From Massalongia carnosa (Eukaryota): 64,000 nucleotides of DNA. Numbering within the stretch: the stretch's first letter is position 1; each line of letters opens with the position of its first letter. The DNA is taken from contig OZ287072.1 of the NCBI GenBank assembly GCA_965645245.1, positions 1,426,001 through 1,490,000 on the forward strand, written 5' to 3'. Position numbers and translations under genes: made by a program. The notes under the pieces are model-generated. The model saw nothing but the letters and a program-made list of their open reading frames with translations. It did no database searches and had not been told where the DNA came from. This document shows positions 11,898 to 25,383 of the stretch, in pieces.

Positions 11898-14800
11898 TTA
11901 TGCCGTTGCGCTAGGGGCCGCGCCCGTCGAATCTCCAGTACCATCTGAACCGGTGGGCGAGCTAGAGGTATCGTTGTTGTTGAGCCCCGTTGGCTGCAGG
12001 AGATCCATGGGAATCTGAGGTAAGTTTTTCAAGAATCTTCCTGCAACAACGGGCCCGATAACCAAAGCCAAGAAAATAACGAGCATGACAAAATAGAGAA
12101 TTGCAAAACGAATCACTCTACGCTTTCGTAGTTTTGATTGTTTCAATGAATAGATAGGAGGTCGGATTTGGCGACTAGAACTATGTTAGCAAAAAGAACG
12201 AATCCGAATGTGAAAGGATACAAACCTTGGTCGGAGCCAGAACAGCATCACCGAGTGAAACTTGTCGATATAGGGAACCGAAATAACGGGAAGCATCAAG
12301 AAGAGTAGAACATGACCGAGGATAAAATCCGCCGCAAACATGCCTAGTTCTGTGATTTTGCACAAAAACTCTCTTCCAGGTTGCGAGAGGGAATGCCAAC
12401 CCATACCATACCATTTACCGTTCCACCAAGCAATATTCGCCGTATCTGTCTTAAGCTCCCGAGTAAGTGCAAGGGCTATGATCAGCTTGAAGATGAAACG
12501 CTGCAGTGCCACGACAGCGATCATTCCTAGAAGCGCCTTGGAGAAGACCCATCCCTCGAGGAAGAACATTACTTCAAAAAATGCAAGTAGCATGATAACA
12601 GCAATACTGTGAGCAATAGCAGCCAGAACGGAGCCAAATTTCTTGCAGCACACGCTAAGCAAGGGGCCCATGCAGCAGGCCATACCAAATAGTCCAGCTA
12701 AGACCCCAGCATTGATGGCAAGGGGCGCAAAAGCAACTGCGGCGACTCGAATAAGCGAATTTGTAGCTTTGGGTTTTCCGTCACTTTGGCTGGGATCTGC
12801 GGTAACGCCTGTCTGAGAGTTAATGAAAAGATAGGGAACAAGGGTGACGGCCACCAGAAGCAACGGCGAAATGATCTCAGCGAAAAATATGTTGGTGAAA
12901 TGAGCACGAGGGATGTCACCAGACAGCTTTGATGATGGTTCCCCGAGGATTTTTCGTTTGTAGCCAGTAATGCGAGTCCGAGATAAACGGCAGAAAGCAA
13001 TCCAGGACGATGCATGGGACCTTGAATTTCCTCGCGAGAGCCATCTAAGGAAGTCCCGGTAGTCGATGAAGAAATCGTTCCACGAAAATTGATGGGGATT
13101 GAAAAGGAAAGGCGAAATGCAGAATGCCAGTAGGGATACCCAAAAGTACACAAGCCATACGCCCCAAATAGTTAGGGTTGCAAATAGTAGCATCATCAAA
13201 AGGCGAGAACCTAAGTAAATCGATGGACCAGCAAATCTCGAATACAAGACACCGAACGGGATTCGAGCAGTTGCAAATCCACGCCCAGTGCCAATATAAC
13301 GGGCTCCACCATACGAAAGATTCTGGCTGATCGAGTTCGCATAAACCTGGCAGACGAAAACCTCGAAAATGAATAGCCCAGAGGCGAAATGTTTAGCTAG
13401 GCGAGTAGCAGCACGCCAGAACCCTCTTTCTGTCAATTCCTGAACCACAAGAGGCACGAAGGAAATGAAGAACACAATGAAGATCGAGAGCACGCATCGT
13501 AAAACCCAGTCGAGAATCGGAGCAAGGTTAGCACAGCCTGTAGGTAGAAGAGGATCGGTAATTGGCTTGTTTCTGTTATAATCGCAGATTATGGTTTCAT
13601 GGCGCAAAGCTCCGAGGTTGATCAAACAGATCATGAAGAGTTGAACTGACAGAACAATAAATAGATTGTTAATGTGAAATCCAGGATGCGCGTAGTAGAA
13701 CGAGAGGAAGCGATCCAGAGGCAGTTGGGTTCCTAGGTAATAGTATTCCCGAGAAAGCATCTGTTCTCCCATACCAGTGCCAATTTTGGTTGTGAAGTTT
13801 AGGATGGATCCAAACCCAAGATCACGACCTTTCCCGCATTGGTAGTATTCACAATGCTTGATTCGTCCACCGCGAAGAAGAGCATTCATCCCGGCATAAA
13901 TATCTTCATTTAAATGTAGCCCCTTCTGAGCCTTTGAGACACCCCCACGCGTTGTCATGAAGATACCATTCAAGAAATCTGGATGACCGTAATGGAGCTT
14001 GCCACCTATCTGAGCAAGTGTTCGAGCGAAAAGAGTACCAAAGGTCTGTTCTTTTCCGGCAGCTGCGTCTCCGAGTATGCCAATATTTTCCGAAAAGATG
14101 TATTCCCGAGCTCCAAGAATGGCAACAGGACTAGTCTTGTTTGGAGTCAATCCAGGGGTATAAGGTGAAACGTTGTCTGTAGTCATTTCTTCAAATTCGG
14201 CCAGAACACTTCGAATTTTAAGGCATTCTTCGAGATAATTATCCTGATTAGCATCGATAAGCTGAATATACTCACCACGGTAAAAGATAATCGAGTGGTT
14301 TTGGTTGTCCGATTTTCCATCTCCAAGGATGGGATTCCCAGAAAGCTGGATACGGAACTTGGGGCGCCGCATACCATTCTCCATAACCTCCGAGTGACCA
14401 TCAATCAACGCGGAGTATAGTCGGGGCTCTTCTCCTTCGCTAACTGGAGGCTCCTCATCAAGGTATGCAATCTGAAGATCGGGATATGCTCGAAGGAGGA
14501 ATTCAGTATTTTCTCGCTCTTCTTTGTTGAACTTGGCATATCTCTGCATGGAAACGACAATCTTAAATTTTCGACGAGCCATGCGTTCCAGTTCGCGTTC
14601 GAGTTTATCCGAATTGCCGCCAAACATCTGAACGACCTCTGGGTTTTCTACGCGATACAAGAGTTTGATAGCCCGGCTGTAATTCATAAAGCCAGAAATT
14701 GTACGATATAAGGTTTGCGACCGGAGTGAAGCCCATATACGAGTACGCAGCGTGTATTCCGGAGCAGCTGATTTGAAACCAATACAGTAAAACGGAAGAT

Positions 14801-17800
14801 CGTCAATCTTGCTCTTTGCGGTGTCCTTCTCACTTTTCTCGTTATCACCATTGAATTGAGATGTTTCATCGGCAAGGATCTTGGTATCTTTCACAAAGCA
14901 ATCCCACTCATGGGGATGTAGTTGCTTTAGGTATTCTAACAACGTGACCCGAGAGTAAGGTTCGTCCTCGCGTATAATTTCACGGAGCGAAAGAAGTATC
15001 TTTTCCGAATAATGTGGGATCAAAACGGTAAAGGTTGGCATATTATCAACTGGCAGAGGCTCAGGTATCGGTGTAGATAGAGACTGAGCGAAGAAGGAAA
15101 TACGGCGCTCGGCTTCACTCTGTGTGGGAAAGAATTCAGTCTTGAATGAATGATCCTCCTGCGACACAAAAAACGTCGGAGCACGTAAAGTTCTTTTCCC
15201 CTCTTGTTCCGAAGGAACCTGATGGTACAGTAGCTTTTGTACATGATCGATAGCCAGAAGATGCTCCCTATACATCGAGATGACAATAGCGTTCCAGATT
15301 TGGGAAATCAGTACTTTCGGTTTATACTTGATCTCCATATCAGTCGTTGCCAGGACCTTCGAATAAATTCGCTTTGGTAATCGAGAGAAGATGTTTCTCC
15401 AGGGAGTCCAGATTGATACACCGAGATAAAAGGAGCGTGCAACGGAGAAAGCGGTATTCCAAAGGATGTACCACAGATAAGTATCTAGGAAGAATAGACA
15501 CACATCGGTGAGGAACATTAGGCCAAGCAGGATCCTAGGCTGCTGTTTACATAAGATGTCTCCGATTATTTTGTCTCCTAGGCATCGGTTAATCTTCATC
15601 GTTGACAAAATGCGGATTGGATCACGGAATGACAGGGTTAGGAAGAAATATGATTCTGAGAGTTTCCCGGCAAATACCAAAACCCATAGACCATAAGACA
15701 TCCACATATCATTACCTAGCAGTCGCGGCCAGCTTGCAGTAAATGTTTGACTGGCTACATATTGCCTGGAGTTTTTGAGTAGATAGCTGCCGAAAAGAGC
15801 GCCAAGCGGCATAATGGAGAAGAAGAAAAAGGTCGCAAGGGCGACGAAGAACTGAACAATACCAAGGATGTTAGCGATCTTGGTTTTTGAGCTGATTCCA
15901 AATATGTAAACGCTGGGAGCAATATTAACTGCAAAGATGCCGAGTAGAAAGAACAGTCGCTTCGTCAAGTGCTGCGCACCGGCCCACCGCCGCGGAACAT
16001 ATGCCCATTCGGCAAGTGTGGAGGCGATCATAATTAGAGATGCGAGAGTACCCCCAAGGGCAACAGCCGACCATTGAGCAGCGGGCTCCGGCTTAGTACC
16101 TTTTCTTTGCTCAAAATGCTTTGTGTAGAAGGTCGGTGAGTTGAATGCCGTGTAGAACCAGAAGAAAGTAAGATGGATCACCCATATCCGGTTAAAGTTA
16201 ACTAACATGTGAAACCATGATCTAGTCTCTTTATAGGTCTTGAAGAAGACCTTCTTCCAATGCACATCTTTAAGCTTTAGGTACCTCTCTGCAACCGGCA
16301 CGTCGACCATTCGGGACTTGTCCTCCATTACAATTCTCTCGATGCCTTCAGGATACCAAAACAGCTGGTTAACATCATCGTATCCAATAACCTGATTATG
16401 ATCTCTCTCTCGTCGAACGTATTTCCCATCCTGGATCTCGTAGCCTTGATCTCGGCAATACTGATATAAAGGTGTGATAACATTGTTCAAATATGTAAAC
16501 TCTTCGACAGGCTCAATGCGATTTTGGCAGTCGGGAGAGATAAGGTAGTCGTTTGCACACTTAAAGATGAAGCACAAACATTCCGGCATAAAGCGAACTT
16601 GATTTGCTTCTCCCCAGCAAAGCAAGAAGAGGGCGAGCTGACGCACACGGTCGTGCTGTGACATACGGTTCATGCGGGTTTTCCAACGATACTCGGCAGC
16701 TTCTAAGCTATTATCCCCTTCAAGGCTCTCAAGGGTCTGAGCTTCGCTCTGAGAATCATCTGCAGCTTTCTTTGCAGCTTTTCGAGCCTTTCTCGTACTT
16801 CGATTGGCCTTTCCAAGCTTCATGTTGGCAAATCCGACAGCGTCGTCGAGATCGAGATGAGCAGCAAAATACCAACGTCTATAATTAGCGTTGTCGCCTC
16901 CAATATAATCCGCGTGAAGGGACAACAACGCTTGGTTGGGGGTCATGCGCGATGCTCGAGAGTCTAGCAGAGTCATGAAGTGATCGAACATATTTCTCAT
17001 GCTATCTCGTTGAAACCCAAACTTGGCAGTTAGATCAAGAAAAATGTCTTCAACCTCCTCTTTAGTTAAAGGTATCTGAGCGTCAGAAGTCCAAGCAGGA
17101 TACGGTTCTCGAGATCGTTGACCAGCAGGAAGAACGTTACCATAATCCGCGCCATATATGGGTGTGGATGCACCAGATGAACGGTTGCCAGCATACGAAA
17201 TCTGTGAAGACGGTGGACGATAGCCACGGCCCCCTGCTTGGTTCTCATTATAGCTATTGTACCGTTCATCCCCACGGCCATAATAGTCCATTTCTGCAGC
17301 TCTGGCCATGTCAGATCTCATAGTAAAGTCGCTGAAAGTTTCCGAATCTTCTTCGGAGTCATGACCACGACGCTTAGGTTTCCCTCTGTTAGGGTCTCAG
17401 TAATCATCAACCGTAATTCGTGGTCAGAAACACAAACCCATATCCACCTTGACCATACTGGGGTTGCTGACCCGCAGCCGGGGCACCTTGGTCATAATAT
17501 TGGTCATTATGATATTCATCTTGATAACCCTGTTGCTGGCCATCGTAATATCCACCTTCCTGCTGGTATGGATTACTAGCGTCGGCGTTATAGTAACCAC
17601 TATTGAGGTTAGGCGAGTGTGACCTTGAAAGCTAGGCTAGTATAACGCACCCTTCATCATAGTACCCGCCACCTCCATGCTGCTGTTGGTTCTGGTGGTA
17701 TTCCTGAGGTTGGGCGCCGTGTGGTTGTTGTTGGTAGTCTTGGTGCTGGTCATAGTACCCTTGATTATGATCATCTTGATAATAGGAATCTGTCACCTGG

Positions 17801-17853
17801 GTTTGATGGTTGTAGCCATCCTCGTAATGACCTCCTTGGGGATGAGCCGACAT
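11898..17853 (-). CDS. FKS1: 1,3-beta-glucan synthase catalytic subunit (GT48), 3 coding exons
   Basis: 1711-aa ORF with [54 protein letters not shown]-rich first exon from ATG 17853; last exon [19 protein letters not shown] ends at 11898. Confidence 0.98.
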
Positions 17854-20151
17854 GATTATAGCCGATTGAAATCCTATTGCTCACTTTCAAGCTGTCAGCG
17901 CCGTCCTGTAACTAAATGGTATTCATGCGGTACACCATGGCGGATTGCGACAATGTTTCATCATTTCCACAAAATGAATATTTTTCCGCAAACCCATAGG
18001 CGCCATTCACTGACCTCAATAATTGCCCATTGATCTAATGAAAATAGCACGCCAACTCCAAAGGTAGTTAAGATTATACCTATAGATGAGCGCGTCCGCA
18101 GAGAATAAACGAAGGTAAGGGATTATCCAGATACGATTTCCTAATCAGATTGATGTAACCACTCTTCCAAGTACAAGTTAGTGCTGATTTGCGATTCTGG
18201 CTGGTCGGTGGTAGACTTTGTTTGGCATGTAGAGGCTACACTCTGCTGCAATGAAAGTGAAGGTGTAAAGAGCGGGATGATTGTTGATGGCGGAGTTGCT
18301 CCGCGCTACGACTCTTAGTTTTTTTCTTCCAATTACGATTCCAGTGTCGATTAGCTTTCCAAGGGCTATTGCACCGAACGACCTCGAGCGAGCGAAAGAT
18401 CTCGCCGTTTACAATGACAGGCGGATCGATTGAGATGCAAGAAAATTGAGACAAGCAAGAGATCAAGAAGAAACCCTTTGAAGAGGGAAAAGGGAGAAGG
18501 GAAGTAACCTTGATCGATACCCGCTAAAATTTTCACGCGCTACAACGGACTTTCATTGGTTACAACATTACCATTATTGAAATATACAATACCACGTTTG
18601 CTAACGTGCATCCGCACTATACTGTAAATTACCTTGAGGTAATGATGTACTCTAAGTATATGCTATTCCACCCTACAGTCTAGGGTAGTCCTGGGTGTTC
18701 TATCTTTTCCGAAGCAGATGCTCCCTCAGCTTTACCAGGTAACAACCTATGATTCTTAAGTTCTTGCAATTAATGTAGAACAGTCATGCCCAATACTGGA
18801 GGGTAAACTGGCTTTGCGCTTGAAGTTCAGAGCGCCAATGCAAAACCGTGGATGGCCGATGATGGTTGGGTCCGACGGCAAAGGACCAAAACATGTTTCT
18901 CCTCATTGCTATTTGGGGAATAACCGGCTATTGGGCTATGTTGAAGATCTGCCTTTGAGAATATGCTACGAAGACAGTTCCAGGTATTCAGGTGGCGAAC
19001 CACAACACCAGCTTACACGCGCTGATCAAAGTAGGGCTGAAATATCCGTTTATTATACGTTGTTTGTATGCAGTTGGTGCTCGTTCTTTCGTTGAGCACA
19101 GCTACTCTGTTCCTGGTCGGCAATTTGGCCGGATAATGGGAAATAACCATTGGATGACGGGTTCAGAGGATAAGCCGGAAAGGATCCTGATACAGTTAGA
19201 GTGACACGACAAAGATACGTGACAGCTTGCATGAAAAGGGGGCTTGGACTTGGACCTGAAGTGTTAAACTTGATTTCTGATTAGGACTACCTTACAATGT
19301 AGGAGTACCTGCTACCGATGTACTCTGTATCTTACGATGCTACTATAATGCTTAGATGTAATATACAACTAGTTCTCCCCTTTCCACCGTATCGTCTTGC
19401 CTTCTTACGCGATTCTCATATTCATTGGCTGTGATGTCCGAAATTTGCATCCTTAACCTGCAGATCTCAATCACAAATTCCAACCCATCCCAACAAGTAC
19501 TTCGGCGGGGTCATAAGTGCATAAAATCGTACAGAGCACTCTGTCGTTGTAAGTTATCATCATCATCTGTGGTTTTCCCACGATCCACCACCTTCAAGAA
19601 CGAAGCAGCTCACGGATTTGTAACGTGCTCAGACTAAGCTAACTACGCTGACTAACCTTGTACATTGATCAGCGTCAAAAAGCCGAGGATTGAGGATTAT
19701 TCATGGAAAGTTCTCCTGCCCAGGATCACTGGGCACATGCCAGACCGTGGGTGGATTGCGCGTTCATTTTATTCTAGATCTAAAATAATACAAATCAAGT
19801 GATGTGATTAGTTGAACTCCGGACTTGCTTTTCATTGCCCCTCGGCCATTTTTTAAAGTGAGCAAAAGTCCGTACAGCAGCATCAAGCATTTGTGTAGTG
19901 TAATTCTACTCTGTAATAGCATCAGCATTCCCCGTCTACGTCAATTCTGTAGCTCTTCTTTGTACTGCAGAGTACCAAAACACTCGTTTCCGTTGTGGAC
20001 AGCAGATTCGAGTGCATCGTGCTTTCCTTAAGCTTCTGAGCTTCAACAACTATCACTATCCTTACAATTCATTTCCCCCAATCTCCCTCGCTGAACCCCT
20101 CCACCATAAACTTCATCTTCAAACTTCACCTCCCTCCGGTTCTAGACGGAC
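17854..20151. promoter_or_regulatory. Shared divergent promoter region of FKS1 and the GH72 gene
   Basis: Head-to-head start codons 2.3 kb apart with no credible CDS between them. Confidence 0.6.
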
Positions 20152-22016
20152 ATGAAGGGCTTTAATATTTCTTCAGGCGTTGTTGCGGCCGCCATATTCT
20201 TTGCTACCACGGTTGGCGCAGCTGACCTGGATCCTATCGTTATCAAAGTAAGCATGTTGCTTCGTCAGCTCTGAAAGCCAGCGAGGAACTGCAAGGCTGA
20301 CCTATCTCTTTCTAGGGCTCCAAATTCTTTTATAAATCCAACGGTACAGAATTGTCAGTATCGACAATCCAAGCATCGCGTGATCCACAGCTTGCTAATA
20401 GGAATCGATAGCTTCATCAAGGGAGTAGCATACCAACGTCAGTGTCACATTGGCAAACACTTCCCTTTCGGTCAGCTGATGAGTATTCAACAGGGGACTT
20501 TTCGAGCAATGGGACTACGGATGGCAGCGACACGTACTCAGATCCTCTGGCAGACTCTGCCGCTTGCACGCGAGATGTTCCTCTCTTACAGCAACTCCAA
20601 ACAAATACCATCCGGGTATATGCTGTCGACCCAAGCAAAGATCATTCATCCTGTATGGGGCTGCTCCGGGACGCTGGTATATATGTTATTGCGGATCTTG
20701 GCGAACCTCGAACGTCAATCAACCGGGATACACCCGAATGGAACATCGACCTTTACAAACGATACACCAGCGTGGTGGATGAGTTCCAGAAATACACAAA
20801 TGTTTTAGGGTTCTTCGCAGGGAACGAGGTATCCAATTCTCCGAACAACACTGTCGCAAGTGCATTTGTTAAAGCTGCAGTACGAGATATCAAAGCCTAC
20901 ATCGCCGGTAAGGAATACCGACCAATTGGTGTGGGATACGCCACCAATGATGACGACACGAGGACCAACCTTGCAAACTATTTCAACTGTGGTCCAGCTG
21001 AGGATAGCATAGACTTTTGGGGTTATAATATCTACTCCTGGTGTGGTGATTCTGACCTGAAGGACTCGCACTATCAGGAGCGAACGGATGAGTTTTCTTC
21101 CTACAACGTACCAGCCTTTTTCGCGGAATACGGGTGTAACACAATCCTGCCCCGGCGATTCACAGAGGTTGGAGCGCTATTTGGCTCCAAGATGACCCCT
21201 GTCTGGTCCGGAGGAGTTCTTTATATGTATTTCCAAGAGGCCAACAACTACGGTATGAACATTAGTCTTGAAGCGGTTCTTTGAAATTTGGTTAACATTG
21301 GAATAGGCCTCGTAAAGGTGGGTGATGACGATAAGGTCACCAAGCTTGCCGACTTTACCGCCTACTCCAAGCAAATCGTTTCTATTAAGCCAACTGGCGT
21401 TCAATCAGCGTCATACAGTCCAAGCAACAGCCCACAAGCGTGTCCGAAGCTGGGTTCTTCCTGGGACGCTGTTGAAAAGCTTCCTCCGTCGCCGAATGAG
21501 CAGATCTGCAGTTGCATGGTGCAGAATTTGACCTGCAAGGCCAAAGCAGATCTTACGGATCAGGTTATTAAAGCACAATTCGATTACATCTGCGCCCCAG
21601 CCACTGGTAACTATTGTGGTGGAATCAACGCCAACGCTAGCACTGGAGCGTATGGGGCCTACTCGATGTGTAATCCTGTGGAGCGTCTTTCGTGGGCGTT
21701 TGATGCCTATTACCAAGATCAGATTGCCAAAACCCCGGCCAACACGAACCCTTGCGATTTCAAGGGCGCTGCCATCAAGCAAAGCCCGAAGCCCCCATCA
21801 TCGTGCAAAGCGGCCATCAGTCAGGCAGGTCCGGCCGGTACTGGGGTCATTACGTCTTCCCCTTCAGGTACTGGGTCTGGTTCTAGCACCGCTACTTCAA
21901 CCAAGAAAAGTGCGGGAGGCTTGGTCACAGTTCCTACTTTTAACATTGGGATGCTTCAGCTAGCTGCGTATGTGACAGTTGCTGCGTTTGTTGGAGCTGG
22001 CATGGTTCTGCTGTAA
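20152..22016 (+). CDS. GPI-anchored GH72 1,3-beta-glucanosyltransferase with Cys-rich X8/CBM43 domain (Gel/Gas family)
   Basis: Signal peptide then [32 protein letters not shown], catalytic AGNEV and FAEYGC, WSGG, Cys box, S/T tail and hydrophobic C-terminus; four introns. Confidence 0.95.
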
Positions 22017-22443
22017 ACCATTCTGAATTATTGTTGGTGTGACGCATGACCTTGAGGAATTCCTGAGGGGAATGCCTCTGGTTCAGCAGGATGTAGATAG
22101 GGAGGGAGGAATATTCTTAGTAGACGGCGTTAGAATGGCTCGGTTTTCCCATAATGTATTATGGTATTTTTAATTTGCTGCAGAAGTGTGGCTAAAAATC
22201 TTCAGTCGGAACGGCACTTGGCCAACTTGGCCTGTAAGTTTAAAAGCTGTAGTTGAGTGATGATTTGAATCTATAATACATAGGCGGATTTGTCTGTTGA
22301 CCAGAAGCGACGGTTGCTCCGACAACAATCCTGATCGAGCAATAGTTTCCTCTCCACACTCCACCAAAGTTGGGTTCGAAAGCAGCAATGCAGATGAGAT
22401 CAATCGATGGAGGAAGTCAGAACTGAATTCCAACCATAGTAAA

Positions 22444-24791
22444 ATGGCTCGACTCAATGAGATAGTTGATAGCGAGGAAGAGTTTCCAGATTTATCCACC
22501 ATTCTACAATGTATCCCTCAATCCCCTTTAAAGGTTTCTGGGCGAACAATGCAGAAAGAGCAAGGAAGCAGGCGCAGTTCCCACAGCGAAGATGATCAGG
22601 AGCACTTGGAGACTCAGCCGCTACGAGAAGCAGTTTTTAAAATTCCACAAAGTGTTTCAAAAACCTCTTGTGCTGATAAGAATGCGAGAAAGCAGCGCCC
22701 GCTGAAGCTGGCTCAGGCTAATTCTTTCCTTCTATCCATCATGGAGGAAGCTGCACAGAAAAGCAAGCATCGTGATTACAGCATCGGTTCAAAGCAAGAT
22801 GAATTCAGACGACCGACGAAACGAACGGCAGCAAGAATTCCCAAGAAACGGAACACGTTTGCGTGGTCGCCAGATGGTACATCATCACCGGAAGATGAGT
22901 GGTTTTCCGATGGTCTCTCCGACTTTGTAGTTGATAGCTCCGATAGTGATATTCAAAGTACTCCGCCAACATCGAAGGCAAATTTTCGGATACCAGAAAG
23001 TGACATAACACCTGGTGAAAGGGGAAGCCGCACTGTATCACCCTCCAAGATAGTTGACCTGACATCGCCAAGAAAGCATTCTTCAGCTGTACCATTCGGC
23101 TGTTTACCTTCCAAAGCTAAATATTCTGATGCATACAACCCTACGCTCGACGATGAGCCTAACCCATACATGGGATTGTGAGCGTCAAACCTTGAAAGCT
23201 TATACTTACTGCTAATCAACGCAAAGCTCCCCACCAAGGTCCAAATCTCCAAAGAAAACCACATACGCAGATCGCCCTGCTACGCCTCCGCCAAATCCGT
23301 CAAAGGGCAGGCTGCAATCTCCCTCTAAAAAGTCACGTATACCTCCTTCCCCCCATCGACCAAGTGTTGACGCTTTCTGGAGCCAAGAAATCATTAATGA
23401 CTGGAATGATCGACACTCTCCTCGAAAGACTACAACCCTCAATTCCTCTAGAGGAGCCATCACCATTAGTGATGCCGAAAAGCCTAAGCCTGAGCCATTT
23501 AGATCGCCTAAGATAGTATTTACCATGAGTCCTATCAAAAAAGATAAAGAAGAGACTCAACGACGAAAAATTTTCAACACGAAGAAACAGGAGCTGGCAA
23601 TCTCTTTCTTAAAAGAGTTAGATGAGCAGATCACGAATGGGCACATCGCCGCCTTGGCTGCATCGGCAGGAGGCATCCACATCATCTGGAGCAAGAAACT
23701 CAGCTCAACCGCCGGCCGAGCAAATTGGAGAAGAGAAGCTTTGCGCTCCATAAGCGCTGATGGTTCAACCTTTATAATATATCGTCATCACGCTTCAATT
23801 GAGCTGGCGGACAAGATCATTGATGCTGAGGGTAGGTTCTTAATCTGTTCCAACAGAATATCCATAGCTGATATAAATCTCCACTATCCTTCAAGACCGA
23901 CTCTTCAATGTGATCGCGCATGAATATTGCCACTTAGCAAACTTTATGATCAGTGGAGTTAAGAACAACCCACACGGGAAAGAATTCAAACAGTGGTATT
24001 TAGAGCTTTATTTCCCTCTCGGATTTCTCCGCCAACTTGCCCTCTTCCTGCATTTTTCACCCCTTTCCCTCTCTCCCTCCCATCATGTCTATTTCTTCCC
24101 CGTCGCCCCCCTTTCCCTAACTCTCCACCACTAACCTTCTCCCCCTTTCCCTCCAACTAGGGCCCATAAAGTAACCCTTGCCTTCACCCACCTCTCCATC
24201 CACGTCACCACCAAACACACCTACACCATAACTTACAGATATATCTGGACCTGCACCGCCTGTAGCCAAGACTACAAACGTCATTCCCGCTCCATCGATC
24301 CGACCCGCCACTCATGTAGCAAGTGCACAGGCAAACTCGTGCAGGTGCAGCCCGTGCCGCGGCCCGGGAAGGGAAAGGCGGTAAAGGCAGGACTAGGAGG
24401 GGTGGGAGGAGCGCAGCCAAAAGAGGGCGCAAAAGAATCCGGTCCAGGGACGACGCCAACGTATCAAGAGTACATTAAACGGCATTTTGGCCGCATTCGG
24501 GCCGAGAACCCGGGGGCAGGAATGGCCTGCTGGATGACCGTTCTGGGGCGGGCGTTTCGCGACGAGAGGGACGCAAGCACAAGAGAAGGGCAGGCGGCGG
24601 CACTATTTTGGGGGAAAGGGCGTGCGAGTGAGAGCGCGAGCCTAATCCCGCAGCACGTCGAGGGCGTGGGAGAGAGCGAGGCTCTGGATGATTTGCGAGG
24701 TGGAAAAACAGTACCATGTGAGGAAAGGGTTTCGGTGGAAGGAACGGAGGGGCCGGGGGTAGAGATGCAACGCTTGACGCTAGGGTTCTGA
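22444..24791 (+). CDS. SprT-family metalloprotease with GCNA-like architecture (disordered N-terminus, SprT, C4 zinc finger, HMG-like box)
   Basis: Low-complexity N-terminus; FWSQEIINDWND; IIWSKKLSSTAGRANW; IELADKII; AHEYCHLA (HExxH); PHGKEFKQW; CTAC...CSKC; YQEYIKRHF..IRAENPG; three introns. Confidence 0.85.
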
Positions 24792-24869
24792 GATGCCGGG
24801 TTTTGCTTCCTTTCCCTGCTTCTTCGCCGCCGAGGGTTGGGTGATTTTTTCGTAGGGGTGGTTGTGCTG

Positions 24870-25050
24870 TTTTGGCTGGTTTGGTTGGTTTGGTTGGTTT
24901 GGTTGGTTTGCAAGAAGGGAGGAATGAATGAAAGTAAGGAAGGAAGGACGGGGGTGGGGGGAACCTTGCGGGGTTCTAATCTTGTTTTGTTGCTTGGTAG
25001 GTGGTGGTATGGACGTGAATGGGGATGTGGGTGTGGATGTGGATGTGGAT
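24870..25050. repeat. Low-complexity microsatellites (TTGGTTGGT)n and (GGATGT)n between convergent genes
   Basis: Tandem units read directly in the SprT-MOG1 3' interval. Confidence 0.75.
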
Positions 25051-25383
25051 TAGGTGCATACATAAATTATGGGTAGTTATGTGATCGACTGACCGACTGA
25101 CAGAAGATCCCGTTGGTCGGTCGGGCTGATCTGTCATAGGACCAGAAACAACATAACATATCCATTCCGATGATTCTACCGAGTACATACAACCCTTCAT
25201 GCACTCACTCGTCTTACATTTGTGCGGCCGTTAGCTGCCTCGTTCATCGTCGCTTAATCTCTCTCCTTCGCTTCTCGTCTCCTTCTCCATACCCAGCCAG
25301 TCCCAAGTCTCCGCCCTGCGCCCTGCGCCCTGCGCCCCAGACTCCTCCAAATCCCATCAACCGCCTCTCCTGCCTCCCTCTAA

